From Octopus vulgaris (Eukaryota), in contig OX597817.1 of assembly GCA_951406725.2 (NCBI GenBank), positions 50,592,001 through 50,656,000 of the forward strand: a stretch of 64,000 bases of DNA, in the 5' to 3' direction. Within the stretch, counting starts at the first letter, position 1; each line of letters begins with the position of its first letter. Under the pieces are notes generated by a model. The model saw nothing but the letters and a program-made list of their open reading frames with translations. It searched no databases and was not told the origin of the DNA. The position numbers and the translations under genes are program-made. Positions 42,016-56,106 of the stretch are shown here, piece by piece.

Positions 42016-42028
42016 TGTGTGTATGTGC

Positions 42029-42072
<44 letters not shown>

Positions 42073-42119
42073 TGTGTGTATGTGCATGTGTATATATATA
42101 TATATATATATATGTACTA

Positions 42120-42290
42120 TTTTACTTGTTTCAGTCATTTGACTGCGGCCATGCTGGAGCACCGCCTTTGGTCCGATACCAAGACTTATTATATGCAAGA
42201 AGCCTAGTACTTATTCTATCGGAGCTTTTTGCAAAATCCCTAAGTTACTCGAACGTAAGCAAACCAACAAATAACACACAAACACACACA
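42120..42290 (-). mobile_element. SINE A 3' part
   Basis: Family match. Confidence 0.7.
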
Positions 42291-42972
42291 TGTCTAAGAT
42301 AATAAATAAGAAAACTAATTTCTGTGTGTCTGTGTGTCACAGTTCGACCCCTCCACTATTCATTAACACTTTTACTATTGCTCATGTTGGAATGAAACTA
42401 ATAGTAGGCATATAGATGGTGGTCGATTGACGGTTGTGATGGTAATGGGGTGGGAGTAATAGTATGAGCTAAGGTTATGATAGAGGCGGGTGCGACGTTG
42501 ATGGTGGTGGTGGTGTTGGTGGTAGCTAAGGCGGTCAGGGACAGTGGTGATAGTGGTGGGAGGGAAGTCGGCGAAGTCAAACGTATTGATGGTGATGGCG
42601 TCAGAAGTCTGAATGGTGTGTGTATGGCAGTTGTGGTGGCGATGGTGGTAGTACCGGTGATGGTCATGGTTAAAAGCCATCAACAGAAAGAGAGAGACAA
42701 AAAGAAAGAGGTTAGAAAAAATTGCACTAAACCCTGAATGGTAAGAAAAAACGATTTTTAACATGCAGCTTTGCAATAAGATCCAAGTTGACAAATTATA
42801 TCATTGTTTTGATGAAAATTGTTCATTGCTTGAAAAATATTGGTCAAGTTTAATAAAATTTAATATGTACTCAATCCATGAAGTGTCATTATTGGGCTCA
42901 AGGCCCAATGAAGAGCCCACATGAGCTAGATTAAAAGCCGCCCTATAAGGCAGTGTTTAGCTAGAGTATATA

Positions 42973-43035
<63 letters not shown>

Positions 43036-43186
43036 GTGATGCTTCTTTCAGAAAATCGACTCACATGGCTTTGGTCTTCCCTTGGGTATAGTAGAAGGCA
43101 CTTAGCCAAGGTGCCATGCAGTGGGACTGAACCCGGAACCATATCGTTGGGAAGCAAGCTACTTACCACACAGCCACTCCTGTACC
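43036..43186 (-). mobile_element. SINE A 5' part
   Basis: Head and CORE-like block. Confidence 0.75.
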
Positions 43187-43231
<45 letters not shown>

Positions 43232-43235
<4 letters not shown>

Positions 43236-43640
43236 TAACAATTGAGGATAAAATCTTTAAAAGAAATTATCAGTAGTCAGCGTGAAAAACCTCGTAAGAG
43301 AAAAAATCCGTAAATTCTTCCTCTTTGAAAATATTCATTTATATTATATTGAGGGTACTACTATTCGTAGATACCAACACGCTAAGAGGGACCAATGCGG
43401 TCAAAACTACTAAAAATAAACAAAATTTTACCGAATGCAAAACTTCAAAACACATCATTTTAAAAAAGAATTCAGTTACATATCACATGTGATTTCGCAT
43501 TTAATGCAGAATATGCATTTCATGTTCATCAGTGCAACAAACTCAAGAAATATAAGAGAAAAACATAACATTACAAGCTCGATAGCCAACCGTAGAATTC
43601 GTCGTAGCATGTACGAATGTTTATCTTTACATATCTATGA
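43232..43640 (-). mobile_element. Hammerhead-bearing element between TA runs
   Basis: The minus-strand 3' end GCTGACTACTGATAA...TTTTATCCTCAATTGTTAATTT(AT)n shares the family subterminal motif. An internal hammerhead is present. Confidence 0.7.
43475..43538 (-). ncRNA. Type I hammerhead ribozyme
   Basis: Minus strand: gttgca-CTGATGA-acat[gaaatgcatattctgcattaa]atgc-GAAA-tcacatgtga-TA-tgtaac, with palindromic stem III. Confidence 0.82.
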
Positions 43641-44502
43641 AAATATATATATATATATATATACACCCCCACACACACACACACCGATTAATCAGGTGTG
43701 TAACAACAACAGTAGTATCTTTGAAATACAGAAATATATTTTTAATATATTATTCGTACATTATACCAAAACACCACGTTCTGTATGGAAGATTCCTATA
43801 TTTGTGTTACAGACTTCTATGCAATCATACACACATTCGCGTATACATACATATTTGTGTGTGCGCGTGTGTGTATACGTGTGTGTGCGCGCGTATTCAC
43901 CCCATTTCACATATTTAGATAGAGTACCACATAAAGCCTGTGTGTTTTTTATATTTTGTACACAAAATGTCAGTCGTGTCTTGGAAATTTGAATAGTCAG
44001 TTATATAATTGTGCCGGAGAATGCCTTAATGCAAATGATTTACAACGGGTAAACAATCAATTTTCTTAAGTGAAGAGATTAACGATCAGTTCTCATTAGG
44101 CATGTGTCGTAGGCTAATTCGGAAGTTACATGGAACCCTCTTAAAGACATCAGGAATTTACTTGAATGACAGACACATGTCTCTTCCAGATTGTTATGAT
44201 TAGAAAGTATTGCGACTAAACATTAACATCTCATTGGTTAATACTCAAAATTTGTGAATTTCTGTAGTATCATCTAAAGTGCATACACCATTCACGTATA
44301 CATACATGCATTACACGCATGTGTGAACGTGGCGTGCGTACGTGTGTGTATGCATGTATTTCTATAAAGGTAAGTAGGAATGGATGCTCTCAATTTGCGG
44401 CACGTGTAGCATCGATGTTTCGGCTCTCATTGTTAATCGTATGAAATTGCTTCCGTTGGATGATTCATATGTATATGTATATACATATATATATATATTC
44501 AA

Positions 44503-44592
<90 letters not shown>

Positions 44593-44857
44593 GGTTGTCA
44601 AGAAAGTTCTTGCGGAATTTTTTATTTTAGTTTTAAGTTATGTATTTACAAATTAATTTTCATTAAATTACTTTGAATTTCGTTTATGGATTTGGTTTGC
44701 AAGATTCTTTATATGAGTTCGTGTGTTGAAGCATATTCTGTTGTGTCTGGGGAGAGTCATTTTCTTTTTGTGCCTTATAACTTAACACATTCACCGTTAA
44801 AATTTCCACTTCTTAGTTTTTTTTGTGAATTCTCCCTATATATATATATACATATTT

Positions 44858-45230
44858 AAATAATTTGGTAACACGAATTTCCAAATCAATCAGGTAGAAC
44901 CATTTAGCATTATATCGTACAATGGGGTCTTGATTATAATATATTTATATATTTATCTAGAAATATACAAAATATATAAAAGAAATTAATAATAATTCAG
45001 TTTTGGGGATTAATAGATATGTGGATATTCTATTTTAGACTATGCAAAAAATAACATAACGAGTAAATATGTAGGTAAACTCGTGGTATCTATATACACA
45101 TCAAGAAATAATACTTTAGAGATAAAACATGTACACCAACAGGGTATCAAATGTACTTCCTTAATTATCTTCTACTTAAGTTAAAATTATCATAATGAAG
45201 GAACTACACGTGTTTCGGTATTGGAAGTAT
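44858..45230 (-). mobile_element. Probable pLTR-like fragment truncated inside its hammerhead
   Basis: The minus strand begins after TA with ...ccGAAAC-acgt-GTA-gttcc (3' half of a hammerhead only). Confidence 0.45.
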
Positions 45231-45699
45231 ACATATATATATATGTGTGTGTGTGTGTGTACATACATGTTTGAACAATCTTGTATATTACTACTCTTCC
45301 GCTTACAGTTTGCATTTGTAAAGTTGGCTTTTTGATTTCTCTCTCTGAAAGTTCCAAGTGACCCAGATTTCCACTTGGATATTTACTCACAAAGTCTCAT
45401 AGCGCCAATTATTATTGGCATAAATGTAAATTTATGACTTGTGTTTAGAAGTTGATGTTTCGAAGTAATTATGCGGTCTTGAATCTTCTCTCACAATATC
45501 TCCTTAGGTTTGCATTGTACGTATGTTACATTAAAATTTGCTTTGTGCCGTATCACCGTTTGCAAAACGTAATGCTTCTAACAATAATTTTGAACACATA
45601 TGCAAAATAAAAACACCTTGCTGTTCTCGTATCGATCTAATAAATCCAGCATCGTTAAGATAGTCATTATATTGGTCACGGAGGAAGGAATGATCTAGA

Positions 45700-45986
45700 G
45701 GGTAAAATTTGAACTCAGAATGCAACAGGTCGCGACAAAATATAGTTTGTCATTTGTTTTAACTGTTTAGAATTTGTACTATTCACTGCTCTAAGCCTTA
45801 TGGGAATAGCTCTATTTTAAAGTAAGTGAATCTGAACCCAGAATGCAACAGGGTAAAATTTGAACCCAGAATGCAACAGGTTGAGGCAAAATATCGTTTG
45901 TCATTTGTTTTAACTGTGTAGAATTTGTGCTATTCACTGCTCTTAGCCTTATGCGAATAATAGCTCTCTTTTAAAGTCACTGAATT
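45700..45986. repeat. Tandem duplication, about 151-bp unit, 2 copies
   Basis: GGGTAAAATTTGAAC.CAGAATGCAACAGGT occurs at 45700 and 45851. Confidence 0.8.
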
Positions 45987-46815
45987 TGTTTGAGAAAGTC
46001 AATAAATATAGAGACATTTATGAAACATTCAACATATCTATGGAATCATGAATGTTTTTCATCCCGCATCTATAAAGTTCAGTGAAGTCTTTGGAGACAT
46101 ATTCAAACTAGCCGTTGATGATTATCAATATAATTCTCAATAGTTGGCCATTATGATATATAATGGGACATTTTAAGGATAAATTTTGTTGAAATCTTGA
46201 GTACATCGATATATAAAGTGAGAGAAAATTAGCTATATTCCCTCTTACATGGACGAAATTGCTTCAAATGAAATGAAAGTTGACTGGCAAATGCTTTATA
46301 TTTTTCATGACAGAACGATGTGCATAATACCAATGTAGAAAACAATAATTAATTACAAGGAAGAACTCATTTTTGTTATTTTAAACCAGAAACGAGAAAT
46401 ACATTCAGATATGAAGGGATGTACTTTCAAATACGAGACAGGCTACCACACGTTTCCCTCTAACAAAATTCACCCACAAGGCATTCTGCCCACTCTGAAG
46501 GAGACTTAATTTTAAAAATAGCAAAAGACATGATCAAGTTGGACCACAGTCCATAAATGTGATAAAATCCATTATAGGCTTGATTTCGTTTTCATCATTC
46601 GAAAAAACATAAATTGTTATGTAAATGTTTTTAGAACACGCAAAACATAGGTTTTTTTATTGAAGCGCTTCATGCCAATTCACAGCTGCCATTATGATGT
46701 TGAAATCTTGCGTTTCTAGAAATTGCAGTTTCTTCTTTTCCTATCACCTTGATTTAATGTATTTCTTTCTAGATACATTATATCTGAGTTAAGTCATGGG
46801 TTATGTTTGAGCAAT

Positions 46816-47070
46816 AACACGTGCAAGTGGCTGAGCACTCCACAGACATGCTTACTCTTGATGTAGTTCTCAGGGAGATGCGGTTTGACACAGGGTGTGA
46901 CAAGGCTGGCCCTTTGAAATACAGGTACAACTCATTTTTGCCAGCTGAGTGGACTGAAGCAACGTGATATAATGTGTCTTGTCCAAAGACACACTGCGTC
47001 GCCGGGAATTGAACTCACAGCCTTATGATCGTGAGCCGAATACCTTAACCACTAAGCCACGCATCTTCAC
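46816..47070 (-). mobile_element. SINE D head and core with SINE-B type 2 tail
   Basis: Head TGGCTTAGTGGTTAAGG...GAGTTCAATTCCC with core like 6462 and tail like 24160-24280. Confidence 0.75.
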
Positions 47071-47389
47071 GGTTAAAACAACATTAGCAAATATATGTAC
47101 AAGGAAGAAATCTATTGATATGTAATACGTAGTTCAAGCTGCATCAACGGAAGAAGGAGAGAATTTCGATATCTGATATTTGAGGGACATGAATAAGGCT
47201 GGCCGTCAATTAAGTAATCTGTTTAATTAGGAGTGAAAATCACACATTTGCTTATTTTCTTGTTTTTTTTTTCTATTGATGAGATAGCTTAAACAATTTT
47301 GCATTAACGAATATTGGAATTTAACTAGCCAAAAGGAAGATTTGACAGTCGACTAAACAAAGATGGTATATTTAAGCTTTGCTGTATCT

Positions 47390-47845
47390 GGCACAAGTTT
47401 TCTTTTCTGTTATAAAAGCTCGCCTCTCTGTGATACAAGCTTTCCTTTCTGTTATACAAGCTGTCCTCTCTGTGATACAGGCTTTCCTTTCTGTAATACA
47501 AGCTGTCCTCTCTGTGATACAAGCTTTCCTTTCTGTGATACAAGCTGTCCTCTCTGTGATACAAGCTTTCCTTTCTGTTATACAAGCTGTCCTCTCTGTG
47601 ATACAAGTTTTCCTTTCTGTTATACAAGCTGTCCTCTCTGTGATACAAGCTTTCCTTTCTGTGATACAAGCTGTCCCCTCTGTGATACAAGCTTTCCTTT
47701 CTGTGATACAAGCTGTCCTCTCTGTGATACAAGCTTTCCTTTCTGTGATACAAGCTTTCCTTTCTGTGGTACAAACTTTTCTTTCTGAAATATAAAATTT
47801 CTTTTTCACTGATACAAAATTTCCTTTAGGAAATGCAAGCTTTCT
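47390..47845. repeat. 21-bp minisatellite with 42-bp higher-order period
   Basis: Alternating CTGTGATACAAGCTTTCCTTT and CTGTGATACAAGCTGTCCTCT, about 18 units, with degenerate edges. Confidence 0.92.
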
Positions 47846-48577
47846 TTTGTGCTTCTAAGAAGGAAAGTCATATACTTGCGCACCAGATAATCGAAACAGA
47901 ATCAATTCCTTCGTCTATTCTAACCAATACATTTTGCAAATAGATAAATCGTATTCTCTCTTCATCAGAATATTCTATCACCGACCTATACATACTAAAA
48001 GATTTAATAGTCAGCTGAGTAAACGTAAACGATAAAATGACTTTTATATAGTTAACAATTTAAGACAGCGATTAATCCTTAAGGGAATTTCATTTAATTG
48101 CTTCGCACTTGGGTCTGAAAACAATGTTGCAAAGGCAAACGTATTCAATGATAAATACTATTCAAATATGTTCGGTTTGTAAAGTTAAACTGAGATCAGG
48201 AGCTATAATGTTAATATGCAAGTCAATGTTACAGAAAACTTCAAAAGCGGTATGTCATCAAAGTCGCCATTGCGTCTTTGATGACGTATCATTTTATCCT
48301 GATCACATTATCTTTATCGTCGCCATTTTTCTTATATTTTTTGCCGATTTCTTTCATTATATTCCCTTGATCTTTTTTCTCTTGTATCCTCGCAATGCCG
48401 TGAAACGCGAAGGTTTTTGTGAAGCAGCATAAAATTCTGAAATAAAATAGTATAGAGAACTATCAGAAACTGTAACATATTACAGGGGAAAAAATTGAGA
48501 GAAAATAATTCGCTTCTACAAATATAATATAATTGACATTATGCCCCGACATACACGCACACACACAGACACACACA

Positions 48578-48665
<88 letters not shown>

Positions 48666-48668
<3 letters not shown>

Positions 48669-48872
48669 CGGAGTAAACACATAAATGTGAAACAAGGTGG
48701 AAAAAAGAGTACTCAAATACCAGTCGTAGAGTAATATGCTTTATTTTAAGCAGCAGAAAATTCAACAAAATCTGTTACTCTGAGTTTCTCGTTGCCGTTC
48801 ACTGTCTGATGAACGGCAACGAGAAACTCAGAGTAACAGATTTTGTTGAATTTTCTGCTGCTTAAAATAAAG
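48666..48872 (-). mobile_element. Fold-back element: 63-bp palindrome plus tail, folded inside a hammerhead
   Basis: Arms 48739-48801 and 48810-48872, loop CTGTCTGA. (TA)n on both sides. Confidence 0.82.
48802..48839 (+). ncRNA. Minimal type I hammerhead ribozyme
   Basis: ctgt-CTGATGA-a cg(gcaa)cg a-GAAA-ctc a gag-TA-acag. Confidence 0.75.
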
Positions 48873-48973
48873 TATATATATATATATATATATGAACACA
48901 TTCACAGATCAAACAAAACATACACAAACAAGCAAGATTATATATATATTCCTGCTTGTATATATATACATAC

Positions 48974-49029
<56 letters not shown>

Positions 49030-49181
49030 ATATGTACACATACGTACTTATATATGCATACATACAAAAATATATATCCATATGTAAGCATATATATATA
49101 TGCATAAACATACATGTATTTATATATGTATATATGCATATGTATGTGTGTGTGTGCATATATTTATATGTATGTATATAT

Positions 49182-49333
49182 ACCAATTAAGGACTGAACA
49201 CGAAAAGTGGACAGTCAACATGCTAGATATAGACGTCAAATCGCCATTCACCACAAAAGATTATGTTCTCAGATCAAACTCAACACAAAACCATAGCAAT
49301 AAACAAGTGAAAAATATACGAAATAAAATAATG
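49182..49333 (-). mobile_element. Unfolded paralogue of the 20091 element
   Basis: About 90 bp near-identical to 20091-20181, then unique continuation. Confidence 0.75.
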
Positions 49334-49372
<39 letters not shown>

Positions 49373-49842
49373 GTATTATATATATACATATTTGTGTGTA
49401 TCTATATGTATATATACGTATATGTACTGATGTTTATATCTATATATATGAATATATATGCATAAACATATAAGAAAGTGTGTGAGTGTATGTGTGTATG
49501 TGAATGCTTATGTATGCGTGAATGTATATATAATTTCCGTAAGTTCAAATACTTTTAGCAGGAGATAACAAAAATCTGTAGCAGAAAGTTTTTATTCACA
49601 TACTTATGACCTTTCGTAAATAGATATATCAAACGTCGCAATAGTTACATGAAATATCGAAATTGTATTAGTTTTACTTTCAAACAAGTGTAATATTTTT
49701 AGTACAGATCGGAGAACTATGTGAGACATGAATTAGCCGTCAAGTTGAGAAATTCATCAATGACGGCAGCGAACAATGCTTAGGTATGGCTGACGTCGCG
49801 TGAGCAGTTGTTGTGCATAAAAAAATGATAATGAACATAAAT

Positions 49843-50345
<503 letters not shown>

Positions 50346-50428
50346 ATAAAATTCATCTGTGTGGGGTCAAAATGCTCCTCGGGTTCTCATCCAGTAGGAA
50401 CTTAAATTGTAATTTAGCAATGGGTTGA

Positions 50429-50860
50429 GAATCTTTTCGTTTTGAACGGCAGTTTTTTTCTAGCGGTGTCATATGAAATTGTCATCCATAATTATGACCC
50501 TAGTATCGATCTATTGCATTTCAATCTGTTTTAGGTTTAGGGTTAGTTAGGGTTAGGGTTAGGTGTCAGGGGAAGGGTATCTTTTTCCTCAGAAATGTAA
50601 ATAAACCCAATCTGTTTCCTAAAGAAGGGACATATTCATACGGCACAGAATGTTTTCACCTCAATAGACGTCATTGATTGGTTGAAATTGCAGAAATTGA
50701 AGAAAAACAACAACAAATATCTTACAAACCATAGAATTGTCTCAATAAAGCAAGGAGAAAAAGATATTTTATAAAAATATTCTACCAGTATACGAAGTTT
50801 AAAAGTGATTAGTTACGTGGAAATTATTTTTAAAAACTGCCGTTCAAATCGAAAAGATCC
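50429..50860. mobile_element. MITE, about 30-bp TIR, 9-bp TSD (Merlin- or MULE-type)
   Basis: TSD ATGGGTTGA at 50420-50428 and 50861-50869. TIR GAATCTTTTCG.TTTGAACGGCAGTTTTT. Internal TTAGGG repeats. Confidence 0.88.
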
Positions 50861-50978
50861 ATGGGTTGATATCATAGCAAGATGGAGTCGGGCCTATTCC
50901 TGTTGAAAATTTTACCAGTGGAAGTTCATGAAATATAAGGTGAATTAAAGTATTTTTTGCTTATTTATATATATACTG

Positions 50979-51277
50979 GGATCTTTTCACTTTGACCGGC
51001 AGATTTTTAAAATAATTTCTTTGTAACTAAACACTTTTAAACTTCGTACCATAACAGCAGAAATTGTATTCACCTCAATAGACGTCATTGATTGGTTCAA
51101 ATTGCCGAAATGCAAGAAATTTAACAAGAAATAGCTTACAAACTACAGAATTTTCTCAAGAAAGCCAAGAGAAAGATATGTTTTACGTAACACATTCTAC
51201 CAGTATATACGAAGTTTAAAAGTATTTAGTTACAAAGAAATTATTTTAAAAATCTGCCGGTCAAAGTGAAAAGATCC
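50979..51277. mobile_element. Related MITE, about 70-bp TIR, 8-bp TSD
   Basis: TSD ATATACTG at 50971-50978 and 51278-51285. TIR GGATCTTTTCACTTTGACCGGCAGATTTTTAAAATAATTTC... Confidence 0.88.
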
Positions 51278-51349
51278 ATATACTGAACCGCAAAAGAAAA
51301 GCGAGACGTGAGTGACAGCGAAATATGTTTTAATTTCATTATGTCAGAG

Positions 51350-52200
51350 GCAAATTTTGATAAATCTGATAAAGACAATTTCTTGGATGCAATTTGACCG
51401 CAGGCTATGGGTCGTTGTCAAGTGTTCTGGTAGTGGCCGGGTCGAACACATCGAGATTGTACGGCATGTCGTGTTCAATACCGTGTATGCTCTCCTTGGG
51501 TGTTCAAAACGGGCATACACCGTCGTTACATGGAGAGCATGAGGCGGTTCACAAATGCCATTCGCACTTGTGCCTCACTCTGAGGAAAGCCACCTCCATT
51601 TCCACACGGTGTCAACCTAGGGGCCACCTGGTTCAGACGTCTCTGGATTTCATACATATTGTTTTTCTTAAAACTTTCCGGGTGATTCGAACACAAATAT
51701 GCCATTCGCTGTTGTGTACGTCAGAGAAGTGTTTCTTTTTTTTTTCTAGGAAAATGTCTTCAAAGAACTCTCGCCTCATTAACGTGAAAGATTCTCGGGC
51801 ATCGGTATTTCGACATACCATGATTCATCAGTCAGGAGCACCCTAAATAACAGCCGATGTTTTGTTAATAGTTTCAGCGAACAAACTCTTTGTTGATCAA
51901 TGTTGCCAACCGCTAATAATTGGGTTTTTTTTTCCAGTACCGTCAACAGCAAGATGAATTGCTTATTTATTCTTAATGTGTTTAAGCAGATGCGAACGCA
52001 CATATGCTAATCGCTGTTGTCAGAATTCGCAGAAGTGTTTCATCGTTATTTTCTGAATTTCACCTATAGGAAACATCCACTCCTCTGATAGATCAACGAG
52101 ACGATAATCATTATGAAATATCACCAAAATTTCCTTGAAAGATTGAGCTTCATCTTCTGTTTGTATGGGCATTCAATTGAGATTAAGAATATGTGTGGTG
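51350..52200 (-). pseudogene. Possible highly degenerate DDE (MULE-like) transposase
   Basis: Coding-like composition, with minus-strand pieces AIHLAVDGTG, RVLLTDESW and FFEDIFL..HFSDVHN. Many stops and frameshifts. Confidence 0.3.
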
Positions 52201-53256
52201 TCTCGTTCGAACTTTAAAGACACTAAGAGTAGAAAGAATGTGTCGTTCTGTAGAACTCCGAAGCAATTCAATTATATATCTGCTCATAAAATATGGGCTA
52301 CAATATAGTAAATAAAACATAGCGTACAATATCATAGAAAAGATATTTTCTACCGAACAGATTTCTCCGGCAACAAAACAAATATGGGCTTTCTATCGTA
52401 TTTCTCATCAGAACTTTATGGAGAGTTAGTGATTCAAGTTACTCAACAGTTCAGCATAAACAGAGCCGGAGGACGGAAGAAACAACATCAGTTTTGGGGG
52501 GATTTAAAAAAAATATATATATTTAATCTCAAATTTAATGGTTACCACGGGAAGGGTAATGAACCTACCAATATAAAAGACGAATGGTACGAAGCGCTCA
52601 TAAAAATGATATATGATCCCTACTAATACATGACCCCTACTAGTATATGATCTCTTGTCTAACCAAGCAACTGGCTAGTGAACCAGAGGCTCATTACAAT
52701 TTTCCAATTATCTGTATACGAACTTGAACGAAGACGAATGCATCATCGCCGGAAATAAATAATCATGTAAAATGTAAAGAAACGTCTATAAAGTTTGTAA
52801 ATCTCCGTCACCATTGTAAAAATATAATAACGTATATTGAAAGAAAAATCAACATTTTTTAATTAATAACAGAAAATAGACAGAATAGCTGGATTTCATC
52901 CAAATCATAACAGCTACAGGACTACATGCCAGAGATATTAAAGAAGCGTCAGGACAATGACCACCTACTCAAAATAATAAATTGACATTCTATATCATTT
53001 CGAAACATTCGTAAATTGTTTGTGACATTTCGCAGAAACTTTCCAAATTGTTGCTGGTATTTCTAAAACAAAAAGAGGAGAATAATAAGAACAGGTAAAG
53101 AAAAAGGAATGAGCAAAGGTTAAGTTGGTGAAAATAACTTTCCGTCGTGATTTAAACGCTGCGTGTTTAGTTGTAATTCATAATTGCTATTTGAAGACAC
53201 GCATATATATATACATACATATTCATAAAACAGATATATAAATGCATATACATATA

Positions 53257-53296
<40 letters not shown>

Positions 53297-53354
53297 CATA
53301 TATATATATATACATACATATATATATATATACATTCATATATATATATATACA

Positions 53355-53394
<40 letters not shown>

Positions 53395-53413
53395 CATATA
53401 TAAATATACATTC

Positions 53414-53450
<37 letters not shown>

Positions 53451-54141
53451 CATACATATATAAATATACATTCATATATATATATATATACATATATATA
53501 TACATTCATATATATATACATTCATATATATATATATACATATATATATATACATACATATATATATATACATATATATATACACATATATGTATATATA
53601 TTTGTATATTTACATATATATGTATGTATATATATATATATAGATAGATACATACATACATACATACATACATACATACACACACACAATCATTCACAAA
53701 TACATTTATATTACTCCGCCTTTAGCTTTTAATATGACTGTCGCATTAAGGATGGGCATGGTGAAGAATTTGAATTGCCGACGTTCTGAGAATCCAAATT
53801 TGGATGAAGTGGTTAGTACCAAGCTACTGGGGACATGACATCGGCGACAAGAGGACAGAGCTTCAAGTCATCCTGGAGTACATGAGTGGAAGGGGAAGAG
53901 GGTACTCATATTAGTGAAACAAAAATTAACTTCATGCCATTCATCTCAGTGGTACTATTTCGGTCCGGTCAAAGATATTTGTAGATGCTTCAACCGTTTG
54001 AACATCGACACAAATGTGGGCGTGGTAACTGCTGCTTGTCTCAACAAAGCTTTGGAGAGGAATTTTAATTTGGTCGGAATTGGAAGATTTAAAAAGTAAT
54101 ACCGGTCGTTTTCAGGCGATCAATTCTATGCTGTGGCTGCT

Positions 54142-54511
54142 GTTGTTGCTATTGAGCTAACCGTCTTCGTCCCAGAGCTCGCAAGATAGAAGAAGTCCGA
54201 AACGTGGTCCTTTTGCTATTCGTAAGACCCGCAGAAGAGAAAGCAGGTCAACCCCCGACACCCAGAGACGACGGATGGAAGAATGTGCATCCAGGCTCAG
54301 CGATTGGGGACAAGAAACAGGAAGAAAGAGTGAGAGAAAGTTGGAGCGAAGGAGTACAACAGGGGTGGCCACCCCCCACTTGCCGGAGCCTCGTGGAACT
54401 TTAGGTGTTTTCGCTCAATAAAAACGCACACAACGACCGATCTGGGAATTGAAACCGCGATCCTCAGACCGCGAGTGTGCTGGCCTAACCACTGGGCCAT
54501 TGCGCCTCCAC
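54142..54511 (-). mobile_element. SINE B (tail type 4) with 13-bp TSD
   Basis: TSD TGCTGTGGCTGCT at 54129-54141 and 54512-54524. Confidence 0.85.
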
Positions 54512-55059
54512 TGCTGTGGCTGCTCATTCGACAGGAAAAGACTTCAATTATAGCAAACTTCGTTATACATGGGATGCGTAAGTGCTCAAGCTGAACCGCA
54601 TACTGTTCATGTTTAGCGTAACGAGATAATGATAAGGTTTCTCTTGCGTGAGGATTAATCATAAGTCTGTATTGTTAAAAGAGACTAGAAATACAGCATT
54701 CCGTTAAATGAATTATACGAAATCACTCGTCGTTAAGTCAATGTTTGTTTAATGTGAGGCATTTTCCGTTAAAGCAGGTGCACATCGGGTGAGGTGTACA
54801 AGCGTTTACAAAAGAATGAAATGTAATACACTTTACATACATGTAACACCTCTTCAATAACACACGTAGGCAAAGAGTGGGAGATTTTCTTATGGTAGAG
54901 AAATAGCTAGATTTGACTGCTGTTTCTAAATTTCGGTATGTGGTGAAGCAAATTTTTTGCTGGACCCTAATTATAATTATACTCATAATTATAAAAAAAT
55001 TTGTTTACCGGTAATTGTTATTTTAATTAATAAAATTATTAATTAAAAAATGTTTCCCC

Positions 55060-55110
<51 letters not shown>

Positions 55111-55112
<2 letters not shown>

Positions 55113-55275
55113 GGCGGCGAGCTGGCAGTATTTCGTCTATCTTTACGTTCCGAGTTCAAATTCCGCTGAGATTGATTTGCCTTTCATCATTTCGGGGTCG
55201 ATAAATTAAGTACCAGTTACGCACTGGGATTGATCTAATTGAATAGCCCCTCCCTTGTGCCTAGAGTAAAAAAAG
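55111..55275 (+). mobile_element. SINE C (internal deletion) in (ATT)n
   Basis: Family match flanked by ATT repeats. Confidence 0.75.
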
Positions 55276-55342
55276 TTTATTATTATTATTATTGTTAATA
55301 TTTTATATATGCTTATATATATGTGTGTATGTGTGCGTGTGC

Positions 55343-55376
<34 letters not shown>

Positions 55377-55689
55377 TTGAGTGTGTGCTTATATATGTTT
55401 GTGTCTGTGTATATGCAGAGAAAAGACACAAATTTGCAGGGTAACAGATAAATACATAGCTGGATTTATACACATGTATTCCTATATTTTATTGTTTATT
55501 TTACCGTATATAAAACATAAATTAATGAATTCATTGCTACGTCGGGAGAGTAAACTTAGAGAAATTGCGCAGGTAGTCGAAACTCAGAAAATTTGGCTTT
55601 GTTCAGGGAGATGGCACTATACGAAACACAAGCATGCTCATACACAATATACCTGGTGTGTGCGCGAGTGTGTGTGTATATTAATATCT

Positions 55690-56106
55690 ATTTCTTTACT
55701 ACCCACAAGGAGCTAAACATAGAGTGGGCAAACAAGGACAGACAAACGGATTAAGTCGATTATATCGGCCCCAGTGCGTAACTGGTACTTAATTTATCGA
55801 CCCCGAAAGGATGAAAGGCAAAGTCGACTTCGGCGGAAATTGAACTCAGAACGTAACGGCAGACGAAATACGCATTTCTTTACTACCCACAAGGGGCTAA
55901 ACATAGAGGGGACAAACAAGGACAGACAAACGGATTAAGTCGATTATATCGACCCCAGTGCGTAACTGGTACTTAATTTATCGACCCCGGAAAGGATGAA
56001 AGGCAAAGCCGACCTCGGCAGAATTTGAACTCAGATCGTAACGGCAGACGAAATACGACTACGCATTTCGCCCGGCGTGCTAACCTTTCTGCCTGCTCGC
56101 CGCCTT
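55690..56106 (-). mobile_element. SINE C with duplicated 3' two-thirds
   Basis: 55690-55872 is similar to 55874-56056. The head is at 56060-56106. Confidence 0.82.

Noticed and set aside
42375-42794. His/Thr- or Val/Gly-rich ORFs
   Set aside because: Decayed (GGT/GAT)n low-complexity sequence.
47325-47809. CRISPR-like array or repeat protein
   Set aside because: There are no unique spacers (only two alternating variants), the context is eukaryotic and no cas genes are present. Open frames are expected from a stop-free 21-mer.
50530-50563. Telomere or interstitial telomeric site
   Set aside because: Only a few TTAGGG units, lying inside a TSD-bounded MITE.
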